DNA of 64,000 nt. Origin: Eledone cirrhosa. Lineage: Eukaryota. The notes below the pieces were generated by a model that saw nothing but the letters and a program-made list of their open reading frames with translations, searched no databases and had not been told where the DNA came from. The stretch is from NCBI GenBank assembly GCA_964016885.1, contig OZ024740.1, forward strand, positions 192,758,001 through 192,822,000, written 5' to 3'. The position numbers and the translations under genes were made by a program. This document shows, in pieces, positions 21,957 to 37,046 of this stretch. Every line of letters starts with the position of its first letter. Position 1 is the stretch's first letter.

Positions 21957-24900
21957 ATAACGAAGGAAATGTGGTAAGGAACCAGGTGGACCAAAACGCA
22001 CCAAAGTACTCAATACTTACAGTAGTAGAGCGGGTAAACCCTAAACAGTGAAAGACAGTAATTTATTACTACCTTATTACCATTAAGATAAATAGCTCAA
22101 TGTAATAACATCAGTTGTTCTAATGAGCAGTTATATAGAAATCACATGAATCAAAGTTCTGTTCCAACCATTTATTAGCTTACAATTGTTTCGTCCAAAC
22201 CGAGGTTTGGAGTATTCGGAGCAATTTTTCAATGATTGTTTCAACATAAGAGACATACAGAAACATTTGTATATAACGATGCACAGTGGGGTGACATCCA
22301 TTATAATATTTTAGCATGGCAATTTACATTCAAAAATTAAAATCATATTAAAAGAAAATTAAAACAAAATTAACGTTAGAATACAACATCGGCAGTTTAC
22401 GAAGATAATGCAAGAGGATAGTTTGAAGTAGTTAGTGTATGCAATAGTTACACGTGGGGCATGCACGTGTGTCTTATTTATATAAGATTATTGTGCGGCA
22501 AGGTGTTATATGCGATACAAGCACTTTAAGCGGGTAATCAAGAGTATTATGGGGGTTGTATTGGTAAAGTATTTTTTATGTATGATAAAGAAGCTTGTGT
22601 GCAGAAAAATATTAAAAATGAGAAGTAAAATAATGTTATGGTTTTTGTATACTCCACCATTTTCACAATTCAGGAAACGTAATATATAGATTATAAGTCC
22701 TTCACATAATTAACGATGATTCAGTATTATATGCTTGATGTATTAGGTTAGATTATTACAGCTTGTTGTTCTTTAATCCAATTTTATAGAGCAGGTTGTT
22801 TTTGTTGCGAGAATTCACATCGTTTTATTTTCCGGAAGTATGTGTGTGATTAAGGGGAGTTAATGCGTGAGGGGAGGTAACTAGCTGATTTCTATAACTA
22901 AATTTATTATTCCAATGTACATTAAACGGTGTCCCAATTGAGTCCCTTACATATATGGTTATAAACAGTTTCTAAATTTAAGTATCCTATCTTTAAATTA
23001 CAGTCTAGTCTATCAAGAAGTACTAAAGGTCTCCATATTAGGATGATTACCCTCTATCATAGAGTGCCACAACTGAATATTCCACATGAAGAGTCAGATC
23101 TCCAAATCAATGATCTTCGTAAATGTAGTCTCCCCACAGAACCTGGCAGGGTTTTATTAGAACCACGTCTATATACAACCCCTGCTAAGCTCTGGGTCAG
23201 CGCATGTCTAATTGCATGGCAAAGTTAAATATCTCTAGGGTAGACCAGCGAGCAATTCTCACTTACAATGTCATTAATCTGTCTATCAAGTCATACATGT
23301 ATGTACAACTCATATACTACTTGTACATAATTCATTGTACTAAGCATATAGGTTATATAGCTCTTTTATGTTAATAAATTAATCTTCTATTTATCCAATG
23401 ATGGCACTCCATACACAGAACAACATTAGCACAAACAATTCAGTGTTTAAAGTTTACATTTAATTATATAGTGGTGTAATGTAGTCTAAGTAATTGAAGG
23501 CAAATATACTAAAAGTAGATGTACATGGGGGTATTTCTAGGGTATAATGTTCTAGATAGATGTCAGTAATTGTGTTAAGATAGGGTGGATCATTGAGTGT
23601 GGAGTTGTGGTGTAAGGTGTGCCCATGAGATGTGTTGCTGGAAGTGGTGATGGGTTCAAGTATGACATTGCTATATATTGGGTTTAAAGTTATGGAAGAA
23701 GTGTTGGAAGCGGTGCTGGCATGACGCGAACACTTCTGATTTTTTATTAAGGAGTTTATGGTTTGAGAAGATAATAGTATGGGTCTCTAGTAGACAGAGG
23801 TTACAAAATGTATTATGTGATTTGTACGATGCCGCCTTACCTATCACTTCCCATTTAAGTGTATAAGATTTAGTTTTAGTTTTTAGATAGTGTATGTAGC
23901 TAGATAGTGAAGTGGAGTTGGCTAGACTGTGTTTATTGAAAGAGTGGAGGTGCGAATTGTATCTGGTTTTGAAGCAGTTTGAAGTAGAGCCTATATAGGT
24001 TTCAGAAGAGTTGATAGTTGTGACGGTGCATGAGTATATGATATCCTTGATTAAGCATTTTTATCTAAAGGGCAGGTTCTATTAGATCTACAGTTACAAT
24101 TATTCTGGGTGTTAGTCTGCCGGTTATTATGTTGTGTAGAAGTCTGGATTGTAGCTGTAGGATTATGGTTATGGGGGTTGTCGTTCCCAGCGTTATTGCT
24201 TACACTAGTGCTATTACTATTATTACTATTGTTATCAGGGTTAGTTGATATAATGTTATTTTGAAGGTTTACCGCCTGTTGTGATTTAGTTTGTTGGAAG
24301 TAAGAATTAATTTTTCTTTTATTGCTACTAGCTATGTGGTATGCTATGTTAGGCGTAGTAGAGTAGGAGATTTTAATTGTGTTTTTGTTTAAAAGGCTAT
24401 GGTACTTGTGGCCAGATGGGAAGTTTTTATGTAGGAGTGAGAAGAAAGCCTTAGGTAGGTTTGTAGAGACGTTTAGTTAGAAAGGAGGGTTGAAAAATGT
24501 ACTATTTCTTCTTCTATTTTTGTTTTTTTATGTCTGGTGAGTTGTTTCTTTTTACGGTACTATGGTAACTTCTATGGTAACGTATTAGTGTGTGCGGTTG
24601 CTATTCTTATTACTAAATTTCCTCATGGACATATTGTGCGAAATAATGTTGTAGCTCTGTGTTTTTGTAGGTAGGAACTCGATCTCTATATTATGGCCTG
24701 ATCTAGCTAATGCCTTATTATAATATTGCGAGTTTTTGCTAAATATGTTTACGTCATAGGATAGATTAGAGATTCTATTGGATACTCCCTTAGAGATGGA
24801 GTTTAATATTGATCTAGGGTAGTTAGACTCGGTATCTACGTAAATCAGTGTTTCGTTAGGTTTATGGAAAGGTGTATATATATTTGAGTCTATGTAGAGG

Positions 24901-25497
24901 GTGGCGTCTAGGAAGTTAACGTTTTTAGTGTTGTTGTCTATGGTGATACTGAGGTTATAGTTTTTGAATGTCTTGTGCAATAGTTTTCTAGTTCTTTCTA
25001 TATTGAATTTTTTATAGTCTATAAGTAGAAGTGCATCATCGCGGTACAAACCAACCGTTGAGTTATGGAAGGTCCTTATGGATTTTGTTAAGTAAATATA
25101 GGCCGACCAAATCAGTGACCTGCGCCGATTCATTAGATCCCATGGTTATGTCGAAGTTGTTTTGCGTATCCTTGCGGGTCCATAATTGGTCTTCAAAGGT
25201 GATTCCGGTTTTACGGGCCGCAAGTATGACATCAATCTGGGGTCTAGTCAGGTCACTATTGTCCATGGCCATGATTAGTGCCTTATTTAATAGGATAGGG
25301 GAAATAGAGGTGTAGTATGAATTGATATCAAATTGAATAATGTTGTTATCCTTGTTATCCTTGATATCTTTGAACCATTCAATAACTTCACCCGTATTTC
25401 CCCATTGTTTAAAGTATATCTTGTGTTTAATATGTGGGATAATTTTATCTAAAATGTTCTTACTGATAATGCCAATGTCAGACTTGGAAGGGCATTC
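21957..25497 (-). mobile_element. 5'-truncated PLE (YRDD/CxC type)
   Basis: RT motifs CPSKSDIG, IIQFDINSYY, ITMGSNESAQ and LYRDDAL. EN remnant NCRSNRTCPL...TYIGSTS at about 23980-24100. Confidence 0.88.
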
Positions 25498-25920
25498 CTT
25501 CACATCTTCTCTCCATTTACCCCGCTTTAAAGCAAGCACTTCCCAGTTCTGACCTTCAAACTGTACATCTATAAGTTTGTTTTTCATGCAATCTTCATAT
25601 CTTTTTCTTGGTTTGTGCTGAGGGCGTTTCCCAGTGTGCAATTGACTGTAAAATAGATGATTTGGGAGTCTTTACCCATTCATGCACACAACATGTCCTA
25701 CCCAACGCGTTTAAGAGGATATGGCGGTAGATTCAATGCTCGTACAACCAGCTTCTACAAGGATGTGTGAGTCAGGTATTTTCTGTTGCCAATTTGATGT
25801 TTAGGATTCGTCCTAAACATATTTTATTAAAGTGTTCAAGTAAATTAAGGTGTCTACGATGTACAGTCTACGTTTTCGAAGAGTACAACAGAGCAGTGCA
25901 AATGCAGTCATTGTACACAA
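25498..25920 (-). mobile_element. RTE-clade LINE 3' fragment
   Basis: GKRPQHKPRKRYEDCMK...WEVLALKRGKWR resembles an RTE C-terminus; a WVGHV-like motif lies upstream. Confidence 0.7.
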
Positions 25921-26657
25921 TAATCCTGTTAGTTAGTAAATAAGGACAGAGGAAAACAGGCATTTCAAAATTATAATACTTCCATCTGTACAGGGTTTTT
26001 TTTTTCACTTTGAAGGCTTGATTGTTTTATATACTTATTCCACAAAACATAACTCGTTTGGATGTTTTGAAAAGATTGATATTAGGGCTGAATTGTGTGG
26101 TCGAACTTATTGTCTTATACCTGTCTGTAATCCCATGCTATGCTACACGTGTATCTAACCATTTTAATATGTTTTATAATGCTTAAATCCTTAAGCTTTA
26201 TTCTGAAATGTCTGTTTTCCTCTGTCTCCTTTCACTAATTTTTTTAGCACCAATTTTATCCCCAACTTTATATGATATATGTGTTTCTCTATACTTCATG
26301 TATCTGTAACCGTATGTAATTTATCTAACTTTATTTTACTTTATTTTATTACACTTTATCAGATCCTATTTTTCATGTTTCTTCCTCATAAATATTAATA
26401 CTTGCGCTTATCGAACCTCTTATATTATGAATCCTCAAAATATTCTTGTAACAAAATTTGATCTTATATTTGTGTTTAACTTTTCTAGTACTTCCAATGA
26501 TTCTTGCCGTGTGCTACCATGAATCGATTGTTAGTTATTAAATGTTTCACAGATTAAACAATTATTATTTACATTGTGTTTCGGCTCTTCTGTATTATAC
26601 GTTATTTTACAGCAAGCTATTTTCATACTTATAACTAAGTAATATTTAATAATACTC

Positions 26658-26732
<75 letters not shown>

Positions 26733-26734
<2 letters not shown>

Positions 26735-27035
26735 CAAAGTGAGGTTTATTTTTACAAAATGAAAGATAACCGAAGTGTACTACACGAGCGAAAGTATAAA
26801 GAAAAGAGGATGAAATCAAAAATGCAACTGGAGTCTGATTTTTAAGAAAATATATATATTTATTTGCTTCCTTTACCGGTTTCGCAGTTCTTATGCTTTT
26901 CAAAAGTAGTGTTGAGATGGGGGCTCTGTGGTTTTTCTCACATCAGAAACCGGTAAAAGAACCAAATATATATATATATTTTTTTTTTTAAATAAGATTC
27001 CAGTTGTATTTTGGATTTCACGTTTTTTTTCTTTA
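26733..27035 (-). mobile_element. Solo Neptune-type pLTR end with short inversion; HHR (U3:A8) at 26870-26907
   Basis: Similar to 44965-45180. About 26946-27030 is an inverted copy of about 26805-26884. Confidence 0.8.
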
Positions 27036-27039
27036 TCTC

Positions 27040-27109
<70 letters not shown>

Positions 27110-27137
27110 GGTGTGTGTGTGGGGGGGTGCATGTGTG

Positions 27138-27168
<31 letters not shown>

Positions 27169-27409
27169 AATATATACACACAATAATAACTTCAATAATC
27201 AATATATATATGCATTTATATTTACATGTATGTAGAGTATGTAACTATGCTGGTATGTTAAATGTATTGATTATTGAAGTTACCACCCCTATTAGCTTTC
27301 TGCTCTTATCATAAATTACGGGTTGATTTTTTCACAAGTGTTCAATTCATACATCTCAACATGACATGTTTGCTCAGAGGTATTCGTTCACTTTTTCAGA
27401 TAAGTATTC

Positions 27410-28260
<851 letters not shown>

Positions 28261-28857
28261 TTGATGAGAATTGGTGCAAGATTTATATTAACAATGTAAC
28301 AATACTGTATATAATATTGGGCAAAATATGACGTCCAATGATATCTCTTCTCTTGAGTTGTATGATGAATGACTAAATGAAAGTATTAGGAATATGGATT
28401 TTCTGTCAACTTTTAAGATTGTCTGAAGATAACTTATTTTTATTTAACATTTTCTTTTGCATTTCTGGTTTCTTAACTTTGAAAGGAAGTAGTTCTCGGG
28501 AACTCAAAGAATAAAAAGTATCAGCCCATCTAACTAAACTATTCAATATACCTAACAAATTTAGCACTGATCAATAGACATTTCATAGACATCTAGAAAA
28601 TGGAAACTAATAGAATATTGGCATTTGCATTTCTTTCTGTGACTATGAAATAATATTCAGAAAATCTATGCATTATTTTGACCTGAAGGTTTATGACATG
28701 CTATTGCCAAAATCTACCTAGGTTGTGTATTATAGAAAAAAACATGAATGAGCTATCAACACAAATATACAAAAACGATGACAACAACAACTATAGTAAT
28801 AACAACAATAATAATAATTATTATTATTTTGTTGTTGTTGTTGTTGTTGTTGTTTAT

Positions 28858-29027
28858 GAATTAGGCACAAGGCCAGCACTTTGGGGAGGGGGAACATCGA
28901 TTAAATTGACAGTGCATTATTGGTATAATATATATATACTATATATATATATGAGTGTGTGTGTATATATATATATGTATATATATATGTATGTATATAT
29001 ATATGTATGTATATATTTATATGTATG

Positions 29028-29060
<33 letters not shown>

Positions 29061-29083
29061 GTATGTATATATATATGTATGTA

Positions 29084-29129
<46 letters not shown>

Positions 29130-29281
29130 CTTTATTTTATCTACTTATATTTTATAGACCCCCGTAAAGATGAAAGGCATAGTTAACCTCGGCGGGATTT
29201 GAACACAGAAGATAAAGCTCGTAATTCCATTCCACAATGCATATTGTTCAACGCTCTACCGATACTGTGATCCACCGCCCT
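28858..29281 (-). mobile_element. Family-A SINE split by a microsatellite expansion
   Basis: TTAGGCACAAGGCCAGCA at 28861 and body at 29130-29281. Confidence 0.7.
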
Positions 29282-32226
29282 CATAATAAAAATAATAATA
29301 ATGATGAGTGATAATGTTGATGATAATGGTAATATTATCTTTATTGGGTACAAGTACCCAAAAACACAATTCAAAATATGCCATACAAAAGAGTTAAAAC
29401 TTATGGTAACATATGTAAATAAAAATGGAAGTGAGTCCAAAACGTAATAGAATATATTCCTTTAGTATAGAAAATGACTTAATGATTAAAATCGCTGCTA
29501 CCTAGGTATTATTAGGTTAACCCAGGACACTTACCACTTTCCACTCCAACCAAATAAGCCTTTCAAATTTGCCCACGACAATGTTTGCTTTAGTTCTTAG
29601 TTTTCTGAACTGAAAAGTGGGCACTTACTATTTTAAAGATTTACAAATATTTTAACTCACATCTAACATGTTTAATATAATCGACCTCTATCGCCATTAA
29701 ATAACACGGTTTTCCTTATTCTCTTTAATATCTTTCAGCCGTTCCATAAACAAATCTTTACTAATTTGATAAGTGATGTTCATATCCTCCCAGCGAATAG
29801 GTTACCTTTTGGGGGAGTAGGTTTCGTACTATTACGTGTCTATCTTATGCCGTTAGTATCTCCTGACATGAAATAACATAATCCGGAATCTTAGGGGCAG
29901 CATCGTCACATACATTGAGCATTGAATCCCGGTATGGCCTATTCCTTGCCATGTCTAAATATAACTGATTTCTTGCAGAGAAATTGGAGATAGAGTGGGG
30001 CGGGGGGGGGGGGGGGGGGCTAGAGAAAAGCCTGGAAGTAAATTCGAAAGAGGTATAGAGGAAGAATTGACGCAAGTATAGGACTAGTCCTGGATTTATC
30101 GATCACGAAAGGATGAAAAGCAAAATTGAAAAGTGCATATATTCTCAGCTGAATATTAGAACCAACAATACCGGATGGCTTCATCCTGTGATAGACTGAC
30201 GTCCAGCCCAGGGAGAGCCTTGTACTCCCAGTCACTTAACATCATGGAAACTGGACATGCATCGCCCTGATGAACCTCCGCACTCGAAACAGACTTAATA
30301 ATGTGTAGACATGTTGAGGTTATGTGAACCTTGGGTGGATAATTAATGTTTGTTTTTAAAGGTTTTAGAGGGAAGGCCAGTTACTAATTTTACATGAAAT
30401 ATTTCTTCCTGTGAACGAAAGAACGGCTAAAAATGATATATTGCCTCTAGTCTATTTTCATCTCAGTAGTAGTTCAATGAATGTCACTGATGATAGATTA
30501 AAGAATCTTGAAACAGCTGTCTAGCATTTTCAACGACACCGAGATATATATATATACAATGTACACAGAACAACAAAAGGCAGAAAATATTTTTTATAAC
30601 CAAAACATATTTTTTCTTGAGAATGAAGTTCTTGTATATTTATGGCATTTAAACATATATATGCCTCCATATATACCACTATCGTGCTTAATGCTATCTA
30701 AGTGGCACTGTCAATTATGTGTGTGTATATATATAATATAAAAGAAATTTATTGAAACTAATATTTCCTTTTCATAAAAACTTGTTACCTAAAGTACCAT
30801 TAATCTCTACTTCTTTAATGCAAGTCACCAAATTTATGAAGATATGTTAAACTTAATGGAGTTTTCAAGAGAATATATTTTAAATCGTTATACTTTATTT
30901 CCTAGAGTTTATTTCAATGTTAGTCCCAACTGACAATACGATACTTTTCCTTGTATAACTTTTCTACCTCTTTTCCCAAATGCATTTTGGCTTCATAATG
31001 TTTATTATTTTACATATTCAATGGCAAACGATGTTCTTGCAATGACATAAGAGATAGAGGAATATGTTTAGTTTATGACCAGTAATGTCAACACAACCAT
31101 TTTCTAAATGTATAAAATAATATTTTCGAGATACCCTGTCACGATACCTCTATTTTGTCGGTCTATCTTACAAGATAAAATAGTCATCAGTTACTACTGA
31201 AAGTAATTTAAAATGTTTGCAACGATTTCACTACCATGAATCTCTCAGGATAAATTTATTTTAAAATCTTATATATATACAAAAGATATTTTATTTACAT
31301 TTAAACAGAGAGTCTTCGTGAGAAATTGGTACAGAGATAGATCCAAAATCCGAAAACTTAGATTCAATATACGTAAAGTTCTTCTCCATTAGGAAACCAG
31401 TACACCAATGTGGTCAATCCACGTAAACCTTTATTATCTCCAATTAATACCAAGTTTTATTTGACAAGCTTTTAGAATAGAAGAATATGACAGGTGACTG
31501 AAATGCCCTTCTACCCAGCTAGGCCTTCTGCAAGATGTAAAAGGTGTATGGATTGCTCGCTGAAGAATATTTTTCTCTGCAGGAACTTTATTCGGGCAGT
31601 GGATATGAGTGGTAATGAGGAGAAATCCTATATGGAAAGAGTTGAGAGATGTAGTGCATCTCTTATAAAATGTTCCTCATTCTCAGATATATATATACAA
31701 GGGTTGTGAAAACATGAATGTAGTAGATATTCAATATGGTAATGACTCTGATACATCCAAACTTTCCTCTATGTGATTTTGTGTGTGTTATTCGAAATTG
31801 TGACAGGTCGCATGATCTCAAAATGCAGCTCCTCACACCATCAGATTAGGTTATAGGATTTTTCGCTCTTAATTGCCCTTCAGTATCAGAACACCCCCAA
31901 TTTGAGAAAAAAATATTAAAGCTGATTAGAATTGTTCACTCTCACCGTATTTAGAAGGCAAAACTATACTTCATACAGGGTATCCGCCATATACATGTTC
32001 ACATGTACAATTCACAAACGCACATAATTCCTCTTGTTTCCACTATATATATATATATATATCCGGGAGCTTCCAACCGACATGGTCGCATTCTTTAAAA
32101 TGTGTTTATAAAACTGATCTATATTATATGTTATCTAATGAAAGTGCACCATAATTTTCTTTGGTGTCCTTGAAATATGTATAATGAAATAAATATGGTT
32201 TTATAAATATAGTTTCTATTTGTTAA

Positions 32227-32299
<73 letters not shown>

Positions 32300-32441
32300 A
32301 AATTAAAAGAAGGTTAAAAAAGTTCCATATATTTTATAATGCGCATTTCGAAAACAACATCATTCTGGCACAAAATCTGTGTTGAGTGCTACTTATCTGA
32401 TATATACATAGTTTTATTGTTCTACAATATTACTCACCTCC

Positions 32442-32478
<37 letters not shown>

Positions 32479-33344
32479 TTGTCGTTTCGATTGGGACTGC
32501 CTTGGGCACGTAATCTTATTATGTAAGACGCTGTTTGATAAGATCATGGCACTGGGTACGCGGAATCGCCTGGCCACTGTCGTCATTGAAATATGTATCA
32601 CAGCCTTATCAATAAAGGACATTAACATCTGAAACTACATCGCATTTTCCTATTCTATGTACATATTCACATTATCTTCACACACAGACAATTAAATACA
32701 CACACACACACCTACACAACTAATTGGTGTACGTGAATATATGTTAGTGAGTGTCTGTCTTAGTATATGTATGTGAGCGTATATTTGTGTGCGTGAGTGT
32801 ATGAGAGTGTATGTGTGTGTGAGAGTGTATGTGTGAGTGAGTGTATGTGTGATATGTTTTTATTTATTTTAACGTCAGGCTTCAGAGAATTAAACACACA
32901 CACACATCTACACATACAGATACATATGTGATGACAGACAGGTGCGCGTGAATGCATGTCTGTGTCTTAATATATGTAAGTGAGTGTATGTGAGAGTGTG
33001 TGTGTGCGCGTTCATTAGAAGCGTTATTAAATATACACACACACATCTACACATATGTAGCGACTGACTAAAAATGAGGAGAAAAGTTATACATGTGTCT
33101 GCGTGCATGTATATGAGAGTGTATGTGTCTGAGTCTTTAGCAACAATTTATTCATTTGGACACCAACAGAAAATTAAACAATGAATATTGTTTATCCAAA
33201 GGTTCTTCAAGATTGACAGATTTTCATTTCTAAATTCGTTTATCTTTACAGTTTTGATTCTTTTAAAATGAAATATAGATATTTTGAAATAATTATCAGA
33301 AAATAAAACATATCTTCATATTTATCGTTTACTAATCTGAATAA

Positions 33345-33384
33345 GAACCGCAGTAACCAGTGCAAGGCCGGGTAATTCAGCTAG
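33345..33384 (+). mobile_element. Helitron 3' terminus (imperfect hairpin + CTAG/T)
   Basis: ACCAGTGCAAGGCCGGGTAATTCAGCTAG|T. The 5' end was not located. Confidence 0.55.
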
Positions 33385-34109
33385 TATATATATATATATA
33401 TATACATAAATATCGTTGAACGAAAGTGACAGAGGTTATTAAAATCATAAAACCAATAATAGTTAAATATACATGCACACATCTATATACGTACGTACAC
33501 GTGCATACGCGAAAACACACGCCATGCATGCATATACATGAATGTACACATAAACATGTGCACGCGTACGTAAAACGGCGCAACACGTATACCCGCACAC
33601 ATACGAACGTATACACCAACTACACATATAAATATAAATATATGTGTACATATAATTATATATGTATAATTATATATATATAATTAAATAACCTCTCTCA
33701 TTTTCGTTCAACTAATTTATTTACATTATTCTTAACTGCTAAGCCGAGAATCATTATGTTTCCTAAATAGAATATTAGTCTAAGGACTCTATTTATACTG
33801 TAAACGTGGTTTTGTCTTTGCGTGTATTTGTCCTTATTGCTACACATAACGACGTATTATCTTCGGGGTTTTTTCGTTCATTGCCAGGGAACGTCTTCAC
33901 GAACCAAAGTATCGTCTTCCTGTTTTCCTTCGGTTGTGACGTTTTTCGAAATATTTACTTCTGCGTTCACAGATTGATATTTTTTCTTTTTAGTTTCAGA
34001 AGATCCCGTTAAGGGTGAAAGCAGCGATTCTTTGCTTAAACTTTAATCTGTTATTTTAATAAATTTACATGTATCCTCATCGAGCCCTCTTTGGATTTTA
34101 GTTTTCACA

Positions 34110-35330
34110 TTTATTATTATTATTATTTTTATTATCTTTCATTATTGTTTCTGAGATATATGCCGAGTGTCTTCCTGACACCAAGAGCAAATAAATTCAC
34201 AGTGTGCATTAGTAAGCCAGTTAATACAGCACATTGATTGTAATAAAAAAAAAATTTACACATGTGCATATGCATATGTAAATACAAGGAGGGATATCAA
34301 TCTTACAGAGATAGTGCTCTTCTCAATACGTGTGCAGTACGAGTCAAAACATTTTTTTGCATCTCGTGCAGAGAGGGTAAACCAGGAAACATTCGCAAAT
34401 ATTGTTCTGTTCCTTTCTTTATCATTCCCAGTCCTCCCAGAATCACTGGTATTGTAACGGCCTTGAGGTGCCACATTTTCTCAATTTCAATAAGCAGATC
34501 TTTATATTTTCGTAGCTTGTCAATTCTTTTGCCGCGATATTGTGATCACATGGGATGCTCATATCTATCAATAAACAGACCTTGTTATGTTGATCTTTTA
34601 CAATGATGTCAGGGTTATTTGCTTTTATTGTCCTGTCAGTATGTACAGGAAAGTCCCACAGAATTGTTACTTTTTCTTCTCCAGTTACAGCCACAGGGTG
34701 ATGATTGTACCACTTGTCTTCAGCTTTGATTTTCTAATGCTGACATATTACCCAGTGTAGATATTGGCCAACTCTGTCATGTCTATATTTGAATTCTACT
34801 GGTGCTAAAACTTTACATCCAGAGACTAAGTGATCCACTGTTTCAACCTTCATTGCAGAATCGGCACTTTTGGTTTATTCCGTTTCTCATCACATTGGCC
34901 TCGTAATTACGAGTTAATAAGCTTTGATCTTGGGCAGCTAAGATGAAGCCTTCACTCTCCGCCTTTAGCCCGGAACTACGTAGCCACTGATGGGTGTGAT
35001 TTTGGTCAACATCAGCTTGTTTGCTACGGGCCACATATTTTCCATGCAGAGGTTTCTGCTCCCAATTTGATGCTAATTGTCCTTGCCCCTTTGCTTTTGC
35101 CAGTGATTTTGTGCCTAGCAGCATCAGTTGCAACAGTTTCTTTAGTCTATCCAGCCTGGATATCAAGCATGAGATCAGTAGCATATTTTTTGCTCTCCTT
35201 CAAGATAGAATGAAGCTTCTTACTTCTCTCATGCTTTTCAACAGGTTTCAGCATACAGTTGTTAGATGTTTCAAGGTACTTGGCCAGTTCAATGACGGAG
35301 GTCTATAAGCAAGTTCAAATTGGATCAGGC
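34110..35330 (-). mobile_element. R4/Dong-like non-LTR retrotransposon 3' part (zinc finger + restriction-like endonuclease)
   Basis: KPLHGKY, ILAAQDQSLLTRNY, CRFC...HLVSGC, HDRVG and ILWDFPVHTDR...NNPDII...LIDMSIP. The 3' end lies in a (TAA)n tract. Confidence 0.85.
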
Positions 35331-35388
35331 CACGGCTTCCTTGAGTTCTTGGAAGGTAAAGACGATCCACATCTGCTTTTGGGTGGTT

Positions 35389-35460
<72 letters not shown>

Positions 35461-35559
35461 TGTAACTTGGAGTTACTGCAGGTGCACCCGGGTGAGCACT
35501 CGATATTTAGGTTCACTTATGTGTTGAGGTGTAGAGCTATACAGAGTGTAATATATTGA

Positions 35560-36996
35560 AAGGATAACAAGGATGATTGGTTATACCTTCATTACATTTA
35601 GTGGTAGGTGACGTGCGTTTCATCACTAATCAGCTCAATGTTCGATCTGTATCGATCTTACCTGACTATATAATCGGCAGCTCGACGGACCATTTAAAAT
35701 GCTATTAGAAAAGGAATACATGCCATATGATAAAGACAGAAGTTCATATGTTGGTCAATATGGGTTGTTTTGATTGGTGGAATGGATCATAGGGATGTTT
35801 TCGCCTGTAGTGGATGTGGGGTGGATGTGATGATAAGATGTTGGTGACGGCCGCTGGCTGGGGTGGGCTGTCGTGTGGGGGTGGTGGTTTGACTTTCGCC
35901 TGCAGTGTATATGGGGTGGATGTGATGATGATGGTGACTGTCGCTGGTTGGGATGGGCTGTGGTGTGGGGGTGGTGGGTTGTCGGTAGACAGGTTGGCGT
36001 ATATCTGTGGTTGATTTTTGTTTGAGGTGTGGGTGTGGTGTTGTTGTTTATGGTAGTGGCGCTTATGGTTTTGTGGTCGATGTGGAGTGTCATTTGGGTG
36101 GCGTAGTACATAGATAGAGGGATGGTGAGGGCCAATGTAGATGGCCTTGTACATATAATTATACTTACACTCAGACACACACACTTGCGATGGTTCGGGA
36201 AGGTATTTGTTGGCGATGTTAATGATGTTAATGATTGTTGAGGTATGGAGTTGTGCCTTGTGGTGGTGGTGGGGTTGTGGGTGACTAAAAATATACAGGA
36301 TCGAATAATACGATGTGTTACAGGTTAAAAAGGTGACATAGTGAACACAGGGAAAAGAGTTTGTGGACGTATAGCGATGTTTGTGGTCATGCTGGTGGTC
36401 GTGGTGATGTGGTGATATGTTCAACAATATATTTACATGAACAGATGATATTGTGGTAAATCTGACAGAGATGGCAGATATAACACAGTCGTTTTAGGAG
36501 TGAGGGATGATATGTGTTGGGGATTGAAATGATGTTACTGACTGTTGAAGTATGGAGATGTATCTAGAGATGGCAGTGGTGGTGTGTGCAGCACATACCT
36601 TCCCGAACCATCGCAAGTGTGTGTGTCTGAGTGTAAGTATATTTATATCTACAACGCCATCTCCATTGGTCCTCACCCTCCCTCTATCTATGTACTTACT
36701 ACGCCACCTCAATAACACTCCACACCCCCTATCTCTCTATATATACACAATCGAGCATGCATATATGTGTGTGCGCGTGTGTGTGTATGTGTATGTGTAT
36801 ATATATGTGCATATATATATATAGAGAGAGAGAGATAAAATAACAGGATGTTGGACTGGTGTAAATCCTTGAAACGTTTATTATACTGTGATCATTTAAA
36901 TGACGGAGTTCCGTATGAATCCGGTGATATCATCAGGTATTCGAAATATAACAAGGAATATATAAAATCCATCGGTGAACGAACAAACCTAAACAA

Positions 36997-37046
<50 letters not shown>

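Noticed and set aside
22172-22220. GAAAC-AAUU-GUA|AGCU hammerhead 3' half in a PLE tail (minus strand)
   Set aside because: No matching CUGANGA/UUGANAA core with a stem I partner was found, so it is not called as an HHR.
29845-30075. Possible host exon (ARNQLYLDMARNRPYRDSMLNVCDD...)
   Set aside because: There is an in-frame stop before the putative donor and no recognisable homology.
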